A stretch of 34,099 nucleotides of DNA from Burkholderiaceae bacterium (GTDB lineage: Bacteria > Pseudomonadota > Gammaproteobacteria > Burkholderiales > Burkholderiaceae_E). Shown here piece by piece: positions 8,585 to 16,314 of this stretch. The translations under genes were made by a program, and so were the position numbers. Where the stretch lies: the NCBI GenBank assembly GCA_035761045.1, contig DASTRU010000292.1:1-34099 (forward strand), given 5' to 3'. Numbering within the stretch: the stretch's first letter is position 1; each line of letters opens with the position of its first letter. A model generated the notes under the pieces. That model worked only from the letters and a program-made list of their open reading frames with translations. It did no database searches and had not been told where the DNA came from.

Positions 8585-9801
8585 TTGCTTTCCTCCATAT
8601 GTCGTGCGAGTTCGTGTTTAGCGATAGCGTTGCGATGTACTTCGTCGGGCCCGTCGGCCACGCGCAACCAACGCGCGAGGCTGTAGGCGTAGGCGAGTGG
8701 AAAATCCTCGCAAAAACCCGCCGCGCCGTGGGCTTGAATGGCCCAATCGATGACTTGGCATGCCATGGTAGGCGCAACCACTTTAATCATCGCGATTTCG
8801 TTGCGCGCGGCTTTATTGCCGCTTTGGTCCATTTTCCAGGCGGCGTGCAAGGTTAACCAACGGGCTTGATCAATCAAGCAACGCGACTCGGCGATTCGTT
8901 CTCGCCACACTGATTGATGCGCGAGCTCGCGGCCAAAAGCCACGCGATCGTTAAGACGTATGCACATGAGTTCCAGCGCGCGTTCGGCCACGCCAATCAA
9001 CCGCATGCAGTGATGAACGCGGCCTGGACCCAATCGGCCTTGCGCGATTTCAAATCCACGTCCTTCGCCTAGCAGCAGATGTTCGCGCGGCACGCGCACG
9101 TGATCGAACACCACTTCGGCATGTCCGTGCGGCGCGTCGTCGTATCCAAACGTGGCGAGCGGCCTCACGATGCGCACGCCCGACGTATGACGCGGCACGA
9201 GCACCATGCTGTGTTGCCGATGACGATCGGCTTGCGGATCCGTTTGGCCCATGACGATCAACACCGCGCAACGCGGGTCCATCGCGCCGGTCGTCCACCA
9301 TTTACGGCCGTTGATGATGTATTCATCGCCGTCGCGTTGAATCGAGCACGCGATATTGGTCGCGTCCGATGAGGCCACGTCTGGCTCGGTCATCGCGAAG
9401 GCGCTGCGAATTTCCCCAGCCAACAAGGGCTCGAGCCAGCGACGTTTTTGTTCATCGCTGCCATACAGCAACAAGGTTTCCATGTTGCCGGTATCGGGCG
9501 CATTGCAATTAAAGACTTCCGCCGACCAGGGCACGCGCCCCATGAGTTCGGCTAGCGGCGCGTAATCGGTATTGCTCAAACCACCATGCGCGGCGGGAAG
9601 AAACAAGTTCCACAATCCCATCGCGCGCGCTTCGTGTTTGAGCGTTTCCATCCATTCGAGTGGCGCCCAACGTTGGCCCACGAGAGTGTTGGCGCGTAGG
9701 TCTTCGGCGTAGCGGCGCTCGTAAGGCACGACATGCGTGTGCATGAACGCGCGTAGGCGCTGTTGTAGCTCAACGCTGCGGCTGGAATGAGTGAAGTCCA
9801 T
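8581..9801 (-). CDS. Acyl-CoA dehydrogenase family protein (ACAD10/11-like or FadE-like)
   Basis: ACAD fold motifs ([20 protein letters not shown]-terminal helical domain). The likely ATG at 9801-9799 shares one base with the upstream stop (TAATG). The longer ORF to 9837 would overlap the kinase gene. Confidence 0.85.
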   Translation of the reverse strand: MDFTHSSRSVELQQRLRAFMHTHVVPYERRYAEDLRANTLVGQRWAPLEWMETLKHEARAMGLWNLFLPAAHGGLSNTDYAPLAELMGRVPWSAEVFNCNAPDTGNMETLLLYGSDEQKRRWLEPLLAGEIRSAFAMTEPDVASSDATNIACSIQRDGDEYIINGRKWWTTGAMDPRCAVLIVMGQTDPQADRHRQHSMVLVPRHTSGVRIVRPLATFGYDDAPHGHAEVVFDHVRVPREHLLLGEGRGFEIAQGRLGPGRVHHCMRLIGVAERALELMCIRLNDRVAFGRELAHQSVWRERIAESRCLIDQARWLTLHAAWKMDQSGNKAARNEIAMIKVVAPTMACQVIDWAIQAHGAAGFCEDFPLAYAYSLARWLRVADGPDEVHRNAIAKHELARHMEESK

Positions 9802-10850
9802 TATCGATCTCGACCGATTCGGCACGCGAACGACCATGCGAGATCCGCGAGCGGCTTGGCTTGCGCGCCCACGTCGCGAGCTTGCGCGGAGCTTGCCGAC
9901 CCTTGCTCCGCGCGTTTGGCGACGCCTTGCAAGATGGCCGCGATACGAAAGAGGTTATAGGCCAAATAAAACTCCCACGGCCCGGCCGGCGTGAAACCGG
10001 TGGAGCGCGCGTAACGCTCGATGAAGTCGTGTTCTCGTGGAATGCCAAGTGCCGCGATATCCGCACCCGCCATGCCGCGAAAGATCCCGGGCGGAATGTG
10101 CCATGCCATGCAGTAGTAACTCAGATCGGCGATTGGATGACCCAAGGTGGACAACTCCCAATCCAATACCGCCAGCACGCGCGGTTCAGTCGGATGCCAT
10201 AAGAGGTTGTCGAGCCGGAAATCGCCATGCACGAGGGTGGTGGGTTCGCGAGGCTCGCGAGGGATATGCCGGGGAAGCCATTCGATTAATCGGTGCATCG
10301 CATCGATGGGCTGCGTTTCGCTTGCTTTGTATTGGCGGCTCCACCGCGCGATTTGCCGTTCGAAGTAATTGCCGGGCTTGCCAAAGTCGGTCAGGCCCAC
10401 CGCATTTACGTCCACGCGGTGCAGGGCACTTAGTACATGGCCGATTTGCGCGTAATGCGCTGCCCGTTGCGCGGGCGACATGCCGGGTAAGGCCGGGTCC
10501 CACAAGGTGCGCCCTTCGACATACTCCATAAGATAGAAGGCGACGCCGATCACGGATTCGTCCTCGCACAACGCAAGCATGCGCGGCACTGGCACATCGG
10601 TCGAGGCAAGCGCGGTCATGACGCGATACTCGCGTTCGATGGCGTGCGCGGATGGCAAAAGATGCCGCGCGGGGGCGGGCTTCGTGCGCATCGCGATCGA
10701 GCGTTCGCCCCAGTCAAGCCGAAACGTCGGGTTTGATTGACCAAACGGCAGTCGATCGATCGCCAGTTCACCGTCGGACTTGCCCAAGTGATTTGTGAGA
10801 TAAGAGGCAAGCGCGTCGGTGTCGAAATGACAACGCGGATCGGACGGCAT
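9801..10850 (-). CDS. APH/ChoK-family phosphotransferase (ACAD-associated kinase)
   Basis: [10 protein letters not shown] nucleotide-loop region, [18 protein letters not shown], catalytic [10 protein letters not shown] and LDWELS motifs typical of the aminoglycoside-phosphotransferase-like fold. Confidence 0.85.
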   Translation of the reverse strand: MPSDPRCHFDTDALASYLTNHLGKSDGELAIDRLPFGQSNPTFRLDWGERSIAMRTKPAPARHLLPSAHAIEREYRVMTALASTDVPVPRMLALCEDESVIGVAFYLMEYVEGRTLWDPALPGMSPAQRAAHYAQIGHVLSALHRVDVNAVGLTDFGKPGNYFERQIARWSRQYKASETQPIDAMHRLIEWLPRHIPREPREPTTLVHGDFRLDNLLWHPTEPRVLAVLDWELSTLGHPIADLSYYCMAWHIPPGIFRGMAGADIAALGIPREHDFIERYARSTGFTPAGPWEFYLAYNLFRIAAILQGVAKRAEQGSASSAQARDVGAQAKPLADLAWSFACRIGRDR

Positions 10851-11096
10851 GGCTTAAGCGTGTGTGGCGGTTCTTCTCGAGGCGTCGTTTGTCACGACAG
10901 CGGTGCGCAATATCGAGGGGGCGTGCGAAAAGTCGCTCGTCTAAAAACCCCGCGTTTGAAGGCTTTCAACCTTCGATTACCATCTCGACCACTAAACTTA
11001 ACTAGAAGAAAAGCCGGGTGGTTCGTCATCTTTGGGGCACCGGCTCAAGGCACTGTCGTGCCGATTCATGGAATCCTGCAATTGAACACTTCGCCT

Positions 11097-13238
11097 GTGT
11101 TGTCGTTCAAAACGCTGATTGCGCTCGCCGTTGGCGCCGCATTTCAGATCTCAACTAGCGTCGCTCATGCCATCGGTTTAGGGCAGGCGGAGCTTAAGTC
11201 CGGGCTCGGTCAACCGTTGCGGTTGGCGGTGCCGGTACGGCTTTCCGACGGCGAAACGCTAACGTCGACGTGCGTGTCGGTCCTGCCGCACACCGGTGGC
11301 GACGGCGTTCCGCCGCTCATGGGCGCGCGCACGGCGGTCGAACGCGGCGCGGATGGAACCACCGTGGTGGTGACCACCCGTCAAGCGCAGTACGAACCGA
11401 TCATTCGCGTCGCGCTGCAAGTGGGTTGCCAAGACGTGGTGACCCGTGAATTCGTCTTCCTGCTCGATCCACCCGTCGTGCCCACGCTTACGGTGGCGTC
11501 CGGCTCCGCCGAGGAGCGAGCGTCGAATACGCCGCGTGCCGCGAGAGCGACGACGAACGAGAGTGCTCCAACCGTTATCGGCGGTGTTCCAGCCGACGTG
11601 GACTCACTTGCGGCGAAGCCTCAAGCGCCGGCTCCCGTGGCGCGGGCGCCGCGTCCAGCGAAGCCGCGTCCAGCGGCGATAGCGCCGGTAGCCAAAGCGC
11701 CGATTGCCAAGGCACCGGTCGTTGTGCCTGCCCCGGCGACAACTGAAAACGCCGCGCCGAGCGCCACGACGCAAACGACTCCAGTGCGCGAAGCGGGCGA
11801 CCGCATGAAGGTGGTCGAGCCTGGCAGCGGCAGCACGGCGTTTCGCATGGACGCCAAGCTTGGTCCGCCCGCCGAGTTGACGCCCGACACCGCGGCTGTA
11901 CTAAAGGACGAACAAGCACGTGTTCGCGCGATGCTGCTCGACCAAGAAGCCAGCGCCACCGCGCGCGAGGCGCAGTTGACCGAGCAATTGACCAACCTCG
12001 GCGCCGAAATTCAAGTACTCAAGCAGCAATTGGCGACCGAAACCGCGCGCGCTCAAGGTGCCGACAAGCACGCGTTGCCGAGTTGGTGGGTGTATGTGAT
12101 TGCGTCGCTCGCCGCAGCGCTTGCCATGGCGGTGTCGTATCTCGTCGTGCAGCGTCGTCGGATGAAACGCATTTTGGCGTCCGCGCCGTGGTGGGTAGAC
12201 ACGAAATTGCGCGCCGACGTCGCGGGCGGCGAAGTCGTTCATACCGATGCGCACGACGCCACTCACCGCGAACCATCGCTGCCGACCGCTAATACGCCTA
12301 CCACGGCCGCGTCCACTAAGCCCGCGGGCACGGCGCCATCGCGTTCGTCATTGGCGGGGTTGGAAGTGCAATTTCCCGATCGATTGCAAGATTCCACGAT
12401 CGAGGTCGAGGAATTAGGCGCCACGCAAGCGCTGCATCTACTGCGCGCGCGTGAGCAGCGCAGAACGATTCCCGATGTGTCGCAAGTCGTCGCGGCACCG
12501 GCGGAGACTCCCGCGCCCGCGCCGGTGATCGCGCAACCCCAACTCTCGCAAGTTGATTTCGATTTAGGCGCGCAGCCATTGACCGTCGCGCCGCAAGAGG
12601 TCGAGATACCGGCGGTTCCCGCTGCCTCCGCGAAGGAAAACAAGTCGTTCATCGCCGACATGCCGTTCATGTCGCTCGATCTGGACCTTGAAAATCCCGC
12701 GCCGGAAAGCACCGTCGCACCCGCGCCATCGGCGCCGTCGTGGTTGAGCGGCTTGGAAACCGGCATGTCGTGGACGGAGGCCAAGCAGGCGCAAGCGTGG
12801 CTGCGCGAGGTGGCCGATGCGATCGAACAAGCGGAGGCGTATTTGTCCGCCGGGCAGTTCGAGACGGCCGCAAGCGTGCTGCGCAAATTAATCGAGTCAC
12901 GGGACGCGGTACCCGTCGCACCGTGGCTGTTGTTGTTGTCGATTTATCGGCGCGGCGAGCAGCGCGACGCGTACGACTTACTCGCGAGCAAGTTTCACGA
13001 GCGGTACGGCCGCGCCGCGCCGATGTGGAGTCACTCGGCGCTGCCGCTTGCCGAACCCGGTTTGGATTCCGAGCCGGATTTATTGCAAGCCATTTGGGCG
13101 AAGTGGGGTTCGCCGGACTCGATGGCCTTGCTCGCCCGCTTGCTGTACGACACCACGACGGCGGACGAGCGTTTCCTCAACTTCGCTTTGCAGCGCGATT
13201 TGCTCAACTTCGTGAAGATTTGTCCGCTCGAATCCTAA
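11097..13238 (+). CDS. FimV/HubP-like protein: FimV N-terminal motif, Pro/Ala-rich linker, coiled coil, one TM helix, acidic cytoplasmic region and a C-terminal TPR-like motif
   Basis: Signal peptide (M)LSFKTLIALAVGAAFQISTSVAHA followed by IGLGQAELKSGLGQPLRLAVPV (FimV N-terminal signature). TM WWVYVIASLAAALAMAVSYLVV. C-terminal AEAYLSAGQFETAASVLRKLIE. Start uncertain: GTG 11097, TTG 11082 or GTG 11058. The ORF extension back to 10737 overlaps the kinase gene. Confidence 0.7.
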   Translation: MLSFKTLIALAVGAAFQISTSVAHAIGLGQAELKSGLGQPLRLAVPVRLSDGETLTSTCVSVLPHTGGDGVPPLMGARTAVERGADGTTVVVTTRQAQYEPIIRVALQVGCQDVVTREFVFLLDPPVVPTLTVASGSAEERASNTPRAARATTNESAPTVIGGVPADVDSLAAKPQAPAPVARAPRPAKPRPAAIAPVAKAPIAKAPVVVPAPATTENAAPSATTQTTPVREAGDRMKVVEPGSGSTAFRMDAKLGPPAELTPDTAAVLKDEQARVRAMLLDQEASATAREAQLTEQLTNLGAEIQVLKQQLATETARAQGADKHALPSWWVYVIASLAAALAMAVSYLVVQRRRMKRILASAPWWVDTKLRADVAGGEVVHTDAHDATHREPSLPTANTPTTAASTKPAGTAPSRSSLAGLEVQFPDRLQDSTIEVEELGATQALHLLRAREQRRTIPDVSQVVAAPAETPAPAPVIAQPQLSQVDFDLGAQPLTVAPQEVEIPAVPAASAKENKSFIADMPFMSLDLDLENPAPESTVAPAPSAPSWLSGLETGMSWTEAKQAQAWLREVADAIEQAEAYLSAGQFETAASVLRKLIESRDAVPVAPWLLLLSIYRRGEQRDAYDLLASKFHERYGRAAPMWSHSALPLAEPGLDSEPDLLQAIWAKWGSPDSMALLARLLYDTTTADERFLNFALQRDLLNFVKICPLES

Positions 13239-13241
13239 GCA

Positions 13242-13880
13242 TCAACGTTTTTGCACAAACGGCTCAAGCGCGGGCCATACGTTATCGAGAAGTTTGGACT
13301 GCGCTTGTTCATTCGGATGAATGCGATCCGCCTGAAAGAAGTTAAGGTCTTGCGCCACGCCTTCGAGTAGGAACGGCACCGACGTGGCCGACGCTTCCTT
13401 GGCGATCTGCCCGAAAGACGCGTGGAACTCCTCGGCGTATTGACGTCCAAAGTTCGGCGGAATCCGCATTCCAACGATGACCGCGCGCGCCTTGGCTTGC
13501 CGCGTCATGTCGAGCATGGCCGACAGGTTTTCGCGCATCTTGGAAAGCGGCAAGCCGCGCAACGCATCGTTGGCGCCGAGTTCGATGATCACCAACGAAG
13601 GTTTGTGTTTATCTAGCAAGGCTTGAAGGCGTGAACGACCGCCGCTCGTCGTTTCGCCGCTGACGCTGGCATTGACGACCCGCCAGTTCAGCTTGCGTTG
13701 CGCTAACCGTTCCTTGAGTAAGGCCACCCAGCCCGAATCGCGGCGGATGCCATACTCGGCCGACAAACTATCTCCCATGACCAGCATGACCGGACCCGAT
13801 CCCGCCCCGTCTTCCGCCTTCGCCGCGACCGGCACCGTCGCGAGCGCGACACTCAACGCCACGCCCGCCGCCCACGCCAT
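13242..13880 (-). CDS. tesA: SGNH/GDSL hydrolase, TesA-type acyl-CoA thioesterase I / lysophospholipase L1
   Basis: MLVMGDSLSAEYG (GDSL block), NASVSGETT, ELGANDALRG and DRIHPN blocks align with E. coli TesA. Signal peptide runs from the ATG at 13880. A longer ORF reaches 14018. Confidence 0.85.
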   Translation of the reverse strand: MAWAAGVALSVALATVPVAAKAEDGAGSGPVMLVMGDSLSAEYGIRRDSGWVALLKERLAQRKLNWRVVNASVSGETTSGGRSRLQALLDKHKPSLVIIELGANDALRGLPLSKMRENLSAMLDMTRQAKARAVIVGMRIPPNFGRQYAEEFHASFGQIAKEASATSVPFLLEGVAQDLNFFQADRIHPNEQAQSKLLDNVWPALEPFVQKR

Positions 13881-14568
13881 GGCGACGCGAGCGACGCCAC
13901 GCCATCCGGCGATCGAGGTGGCGAACTTGCGCAAGGACGTGCGCGATGCGACGGGTACGTTAACGATTTTGCATGACGTGAGTTTCACGATTGCGGCGGG
14001 CGAGACGGTTGCGATCATTGGAGCGTCGGGTTCGGGTAAGTCAACGTTGTTGGGATTGTTGGCGGGCCTGGATGTTCCAAGCGCCGGTACGGTGCGACTC
14101 GATGGCCGCGAGATTTTTACCTACGACGAGGACGAACGAGCGCGGCTTCGCGCCGAGTTGCTCGGTTTTGTATTCCAGTCGTTTCAACTATTGCCGCATT
14201 TGACCGCGCTTGAAAACGTCATGTTGCCGTTGGAGTTGCGCGGCTTAAGCGATGTTGAATCACGCGCGAAGGACATGCTTGCGCAAGTGGGTCTTGCCGC
14301 GCGGTTCGAACATTACCCGCGCACGCTATCGGGCGGTGAACAACAACGCGTCGCCTTGGCCCGCGCTTTTGTCACCGAGCCGCCGTTGTTGTTCGCCGAC
14401 GAGCCCACCGGCAGCTTGGATGCGGCGACTGGAGTCGCCGTCATGGACTTGATGTTCCGCTTGAATCGCGATCGGGGCTCGACGCTCGTGCTCGTCACGC
14501 ACGACCCCGGCGTGGCCGAGCGTTGTTCAAGGCGCTTGTCGATCGCGGCGGGGCGGCTTGTCGCTTAA
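13879..14568 (+). CDS. ybbA: ABC transporter ATP-binding protein (YbbA/LolD-like)
   Basis: Walker A GASGSGKST, Q-loop, signature LSGGEQQRVALARA, Walker B LLFADEPTGSLD, H-loop VTHD. Divergent from tesA, as in E. coli tesA-ybbA. Start chosen at ATG 13879, just before the conserved IEVANLRK strand. Confidence 0.85.
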   Translation: MATRATPRHPAIEVANLRKDVRDATGTLTILHDVSFTIAAGETVAIIGASGSGKSTLLGLLAGLDVPSAGTVRLDGREIFTYDEDERARLRAELLGFVFQSFQLLPHLTALENVMLPLELRGLSDVESRAKDMLAQVGLAARFEHYPRTLSGGEQQRVALARAFVTEPPLLFADEPTGSLDAATGVAVMDLMFRLNRDRGSTLVLVTHDPGVAERCSRRLSIAAGRLVA

Positions 14569-16133
14569 TCGCTCAACACGCCGTTTGAATATTGTTGGGC
14601 GAGTCGATTCAAGCAACGACGTACCTCGGGCATGAGTTCGCCGGCGGCCAGTCCAATTGGGCCGACGCCGCTGGCCACCAATGCATCGGCCGCGCTTCCA
14701 TGCAGCCATACGGCCGCGCGCAATGCGTGCGCGGCTGGCGCCACGGCGAGCAGGGCGCCCGCTATTCCGGCCAGCACGTCGCCGGTCCCCCCCGTGGCTA
14801 GCGCGGGATTTCCCGTCGGGTTAATGGCATAACGTCCATCGGTGCTTGCGATCACGGTGCCGGCGCCTTTTAGCGCGACGTCGGTGGACGTGGCGGCCGC
14901 TAGCCGCAATGCATGCGCGATACGGTCGGCTTGAACTAAATGAGCTTCGGTTTCGAGTAAACGCGCGGCTTCCAGCGGATGCGGCGTGAGTAGCGTTCGT
15001 TGGCCTCGCCCCGCGCGGCGTTTCAGCGCGGTGTGCAACGAGGTGTCGTGAGCCAGCAGATTCAGCGCATCGGCATCCAATACCGCGGCCGATGAATGAT
15101 TAAGCACGCGGTCGAGTAAGGCACGCGCGGCGGCGGTATGACCAAGTCCCGGGCCAATCACGATCGGTCCGGTTTCGATCATCGATGATGCGAGGCTTTG
15201 AGCATCGCGCAACATCAGTTCGGGGTGCATGACGTCATACGCGGGCAAGGTGGCCAAGGTGGCCAACACGACACGACCCGCGCCGCTTAGCAATGCCGCG
15301 CGCGCGGCCAGCACCGCCGCGCCCGCCATGCCGGTATCGCCGCCAATGATGGTGACGACGCCGAAGCGGCCCTTATGCGAATCGAGATCGCGCCGCAACC
15401 AACGACCAACGAACCCGATGGGAGAAAGCAACTCGCCGTGCGTGCATTCCTCGCGAAGCTCGGCCTCGCACCCCAATGCGTCGCATTTGACCTCGCCGAC
15501 GTAATCCAACGCGCGTCCGGTATGCAAGCCCGGTTTATCGGCGATGAAGGTTAATGTTGTATGGGCGCGAATCGCGGTGCCTTGCGATCCGCCAACGATC
15601 GCGCCGGTATCGGCATCGATGCCGCTTGGGATGTCAATCGCGACGATGGGCGCGTTGCATGCGTTCGCGGCTTCGACCAGAACGCGCGCCGCGTCGTCGA
15701 TGGGCCGTGCCAAGCCGATGCCAAACAATCCATCGATCACGCATGCCGGCCGAAGATGCGTGGGCCATGCGCGATGCATCGGAATCGCCGCGTCCACGCA
15801 TCGTTGATAGGCCAAGCGCGCTTCGTCCGAATACGGTGGCGTGTCGTTCAAACGAACGATTTCCACATGCCGATAGGCCTCGCATAAATACGCCGCCGCT
15901 TCAAATGCATCGCCGCCATTGTTGCCGGGGCCCGCTAATACAAGGAATGGTCCCTCGTTCATCGCGAGCGCTTGTTTCGCCACCGCGCGCCCGGCCCGTT
16001 GCATCAATGTGTAGTGGCCTAGGCGTTGCATCGCGCGCTGTTCAATCGATCGAACCCGCGCGACTGAATGCAATGGATTAGGCATGGCCATCGTAAGGTT
16101 AAACATCGCGTAAGCCTTCGTATAATCGGTCAC
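14565..16133 (-). CDS. nnr: Bifunctional NAD(P)H-hydrate repair enzyme Nnr (epimerase + ADP-dependent dehydratase; YjeF family)
   Basis: N-terminal YjeF_N (GPGNNGGD) and C-terminal carbohydrate-kinase-like domain (GGDTGMAGA...GTGDVLAG). Start ambiguous: GTG 16133, or ATG 16106, 16091 or 16085. Confidence 0.85.
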   Translation of the reverse strand: MTDYTKAYAMFNLTMAMPNPLHSVARVRSIEQRAMQRLGHYTLMQRAGRAVAKQALAMNEGPFLVLAGPGNNGGDAFEAAAYLCEAYRHVEIVRLNDTPPYSDEARLAYQRCVDAAIPMHRAWPTHLRPACVIDGLFGIGLARPIDDAARVLVEAANACNAPIVAIDIPSGIDADTGAIVGGSQGTAIRAHTTLTFIADKPGLHTGRALDYVGEVKCDALGCEAELREECTHGELLSPIGFVGRWLRRDLDSHKGRFGVVTIIGGDTGMAGAAVLAARAALLSGAGRVVLATLATLPAYDVMHPELMLRDAQSLASSMIETGPIVIGPGLGHTAAARALLDRVLNHSSAAVLDADALNLLAHDTSLHTALKRRAGRGQRTLLTPHPLEAARLLETEAHLVQADRIAHALRLAAATSTDVALKGAGTVIASTDGRYAINPTGNPALATGGTGDVLAGIAGALLAVAPAAHALRAAVWLHGSAADALVASGVGPIGLAAGELMPEVRRCLNRLAQQYSNGVLSD

Positions 16134-16273
16134 CTCGCGAGAGCTGCTTCAACACTTCGCATGCCTCGCTGTCTTTTCCGCCAGCCATGTTCGACCAGGG
16201 CTTATCGCATCGGCCCAACTCAACGCAGCAAGCCTTCTATTGTCGATCAATGCGGTTGCTCATCGCCTTGGCG

Positions 16274-16299
16274 TGTTCGTGCCAAGCGATGCACGAACA
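16274..16299 (+). promoter_or_regulatory. 9-bp inverted repeat TGTTCGTGC-N8-GCACGAACA immediately 5-prime of the SD of the orphan ORF
   Basis: Arms at 16274-16282 and 16291-16299. Extendable by G:U and C:G pairs (16272-16273 with 16300-16301) into the first G of GGAGGA. Confidence 0.35.
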
Positions 16300-16314
16300 T
16301 GGAGGAAACTTATT

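Noticed and set aside
7964-8686. 240-aa ORF on the plus strand antisense to the GST and the ACAD 3-prime end. Similar long antisense ORFs include 5078..5746 (-), 5404..6117 (-), 21398..22132 (-), 23069..23857 (-), 24322..25014 (-), 24620..25261 (-), 25496..26158 (-), 28892..29611 (+) and 31529..32155 (+).
   Set aside because: They all lie opposite genes with clear family-level similarity. They are Arg/Ala/Gly/His-rich with no recognisable motifs, which is the expected stop-codon-poor antisense frame of GC-rich coding DNA. No SD or independent support.
10737-11096. N-terminal extension of the FimV-like ORF (listed start 10737).
   Set aside because: It overlaps the kinase gene by over 100 nt on the opposite strand and spans the divergent intergenic region. 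A proper signal peptide followed by the FimV N-terminal motif begins only at about 11097.
14303-14310. GGTTCGAA, a tRNA T-loop-like motif.
   Set aside because: It lies inside the well-supported ABC ATPase coding frame, with no acceptor or anticodon stems around it.
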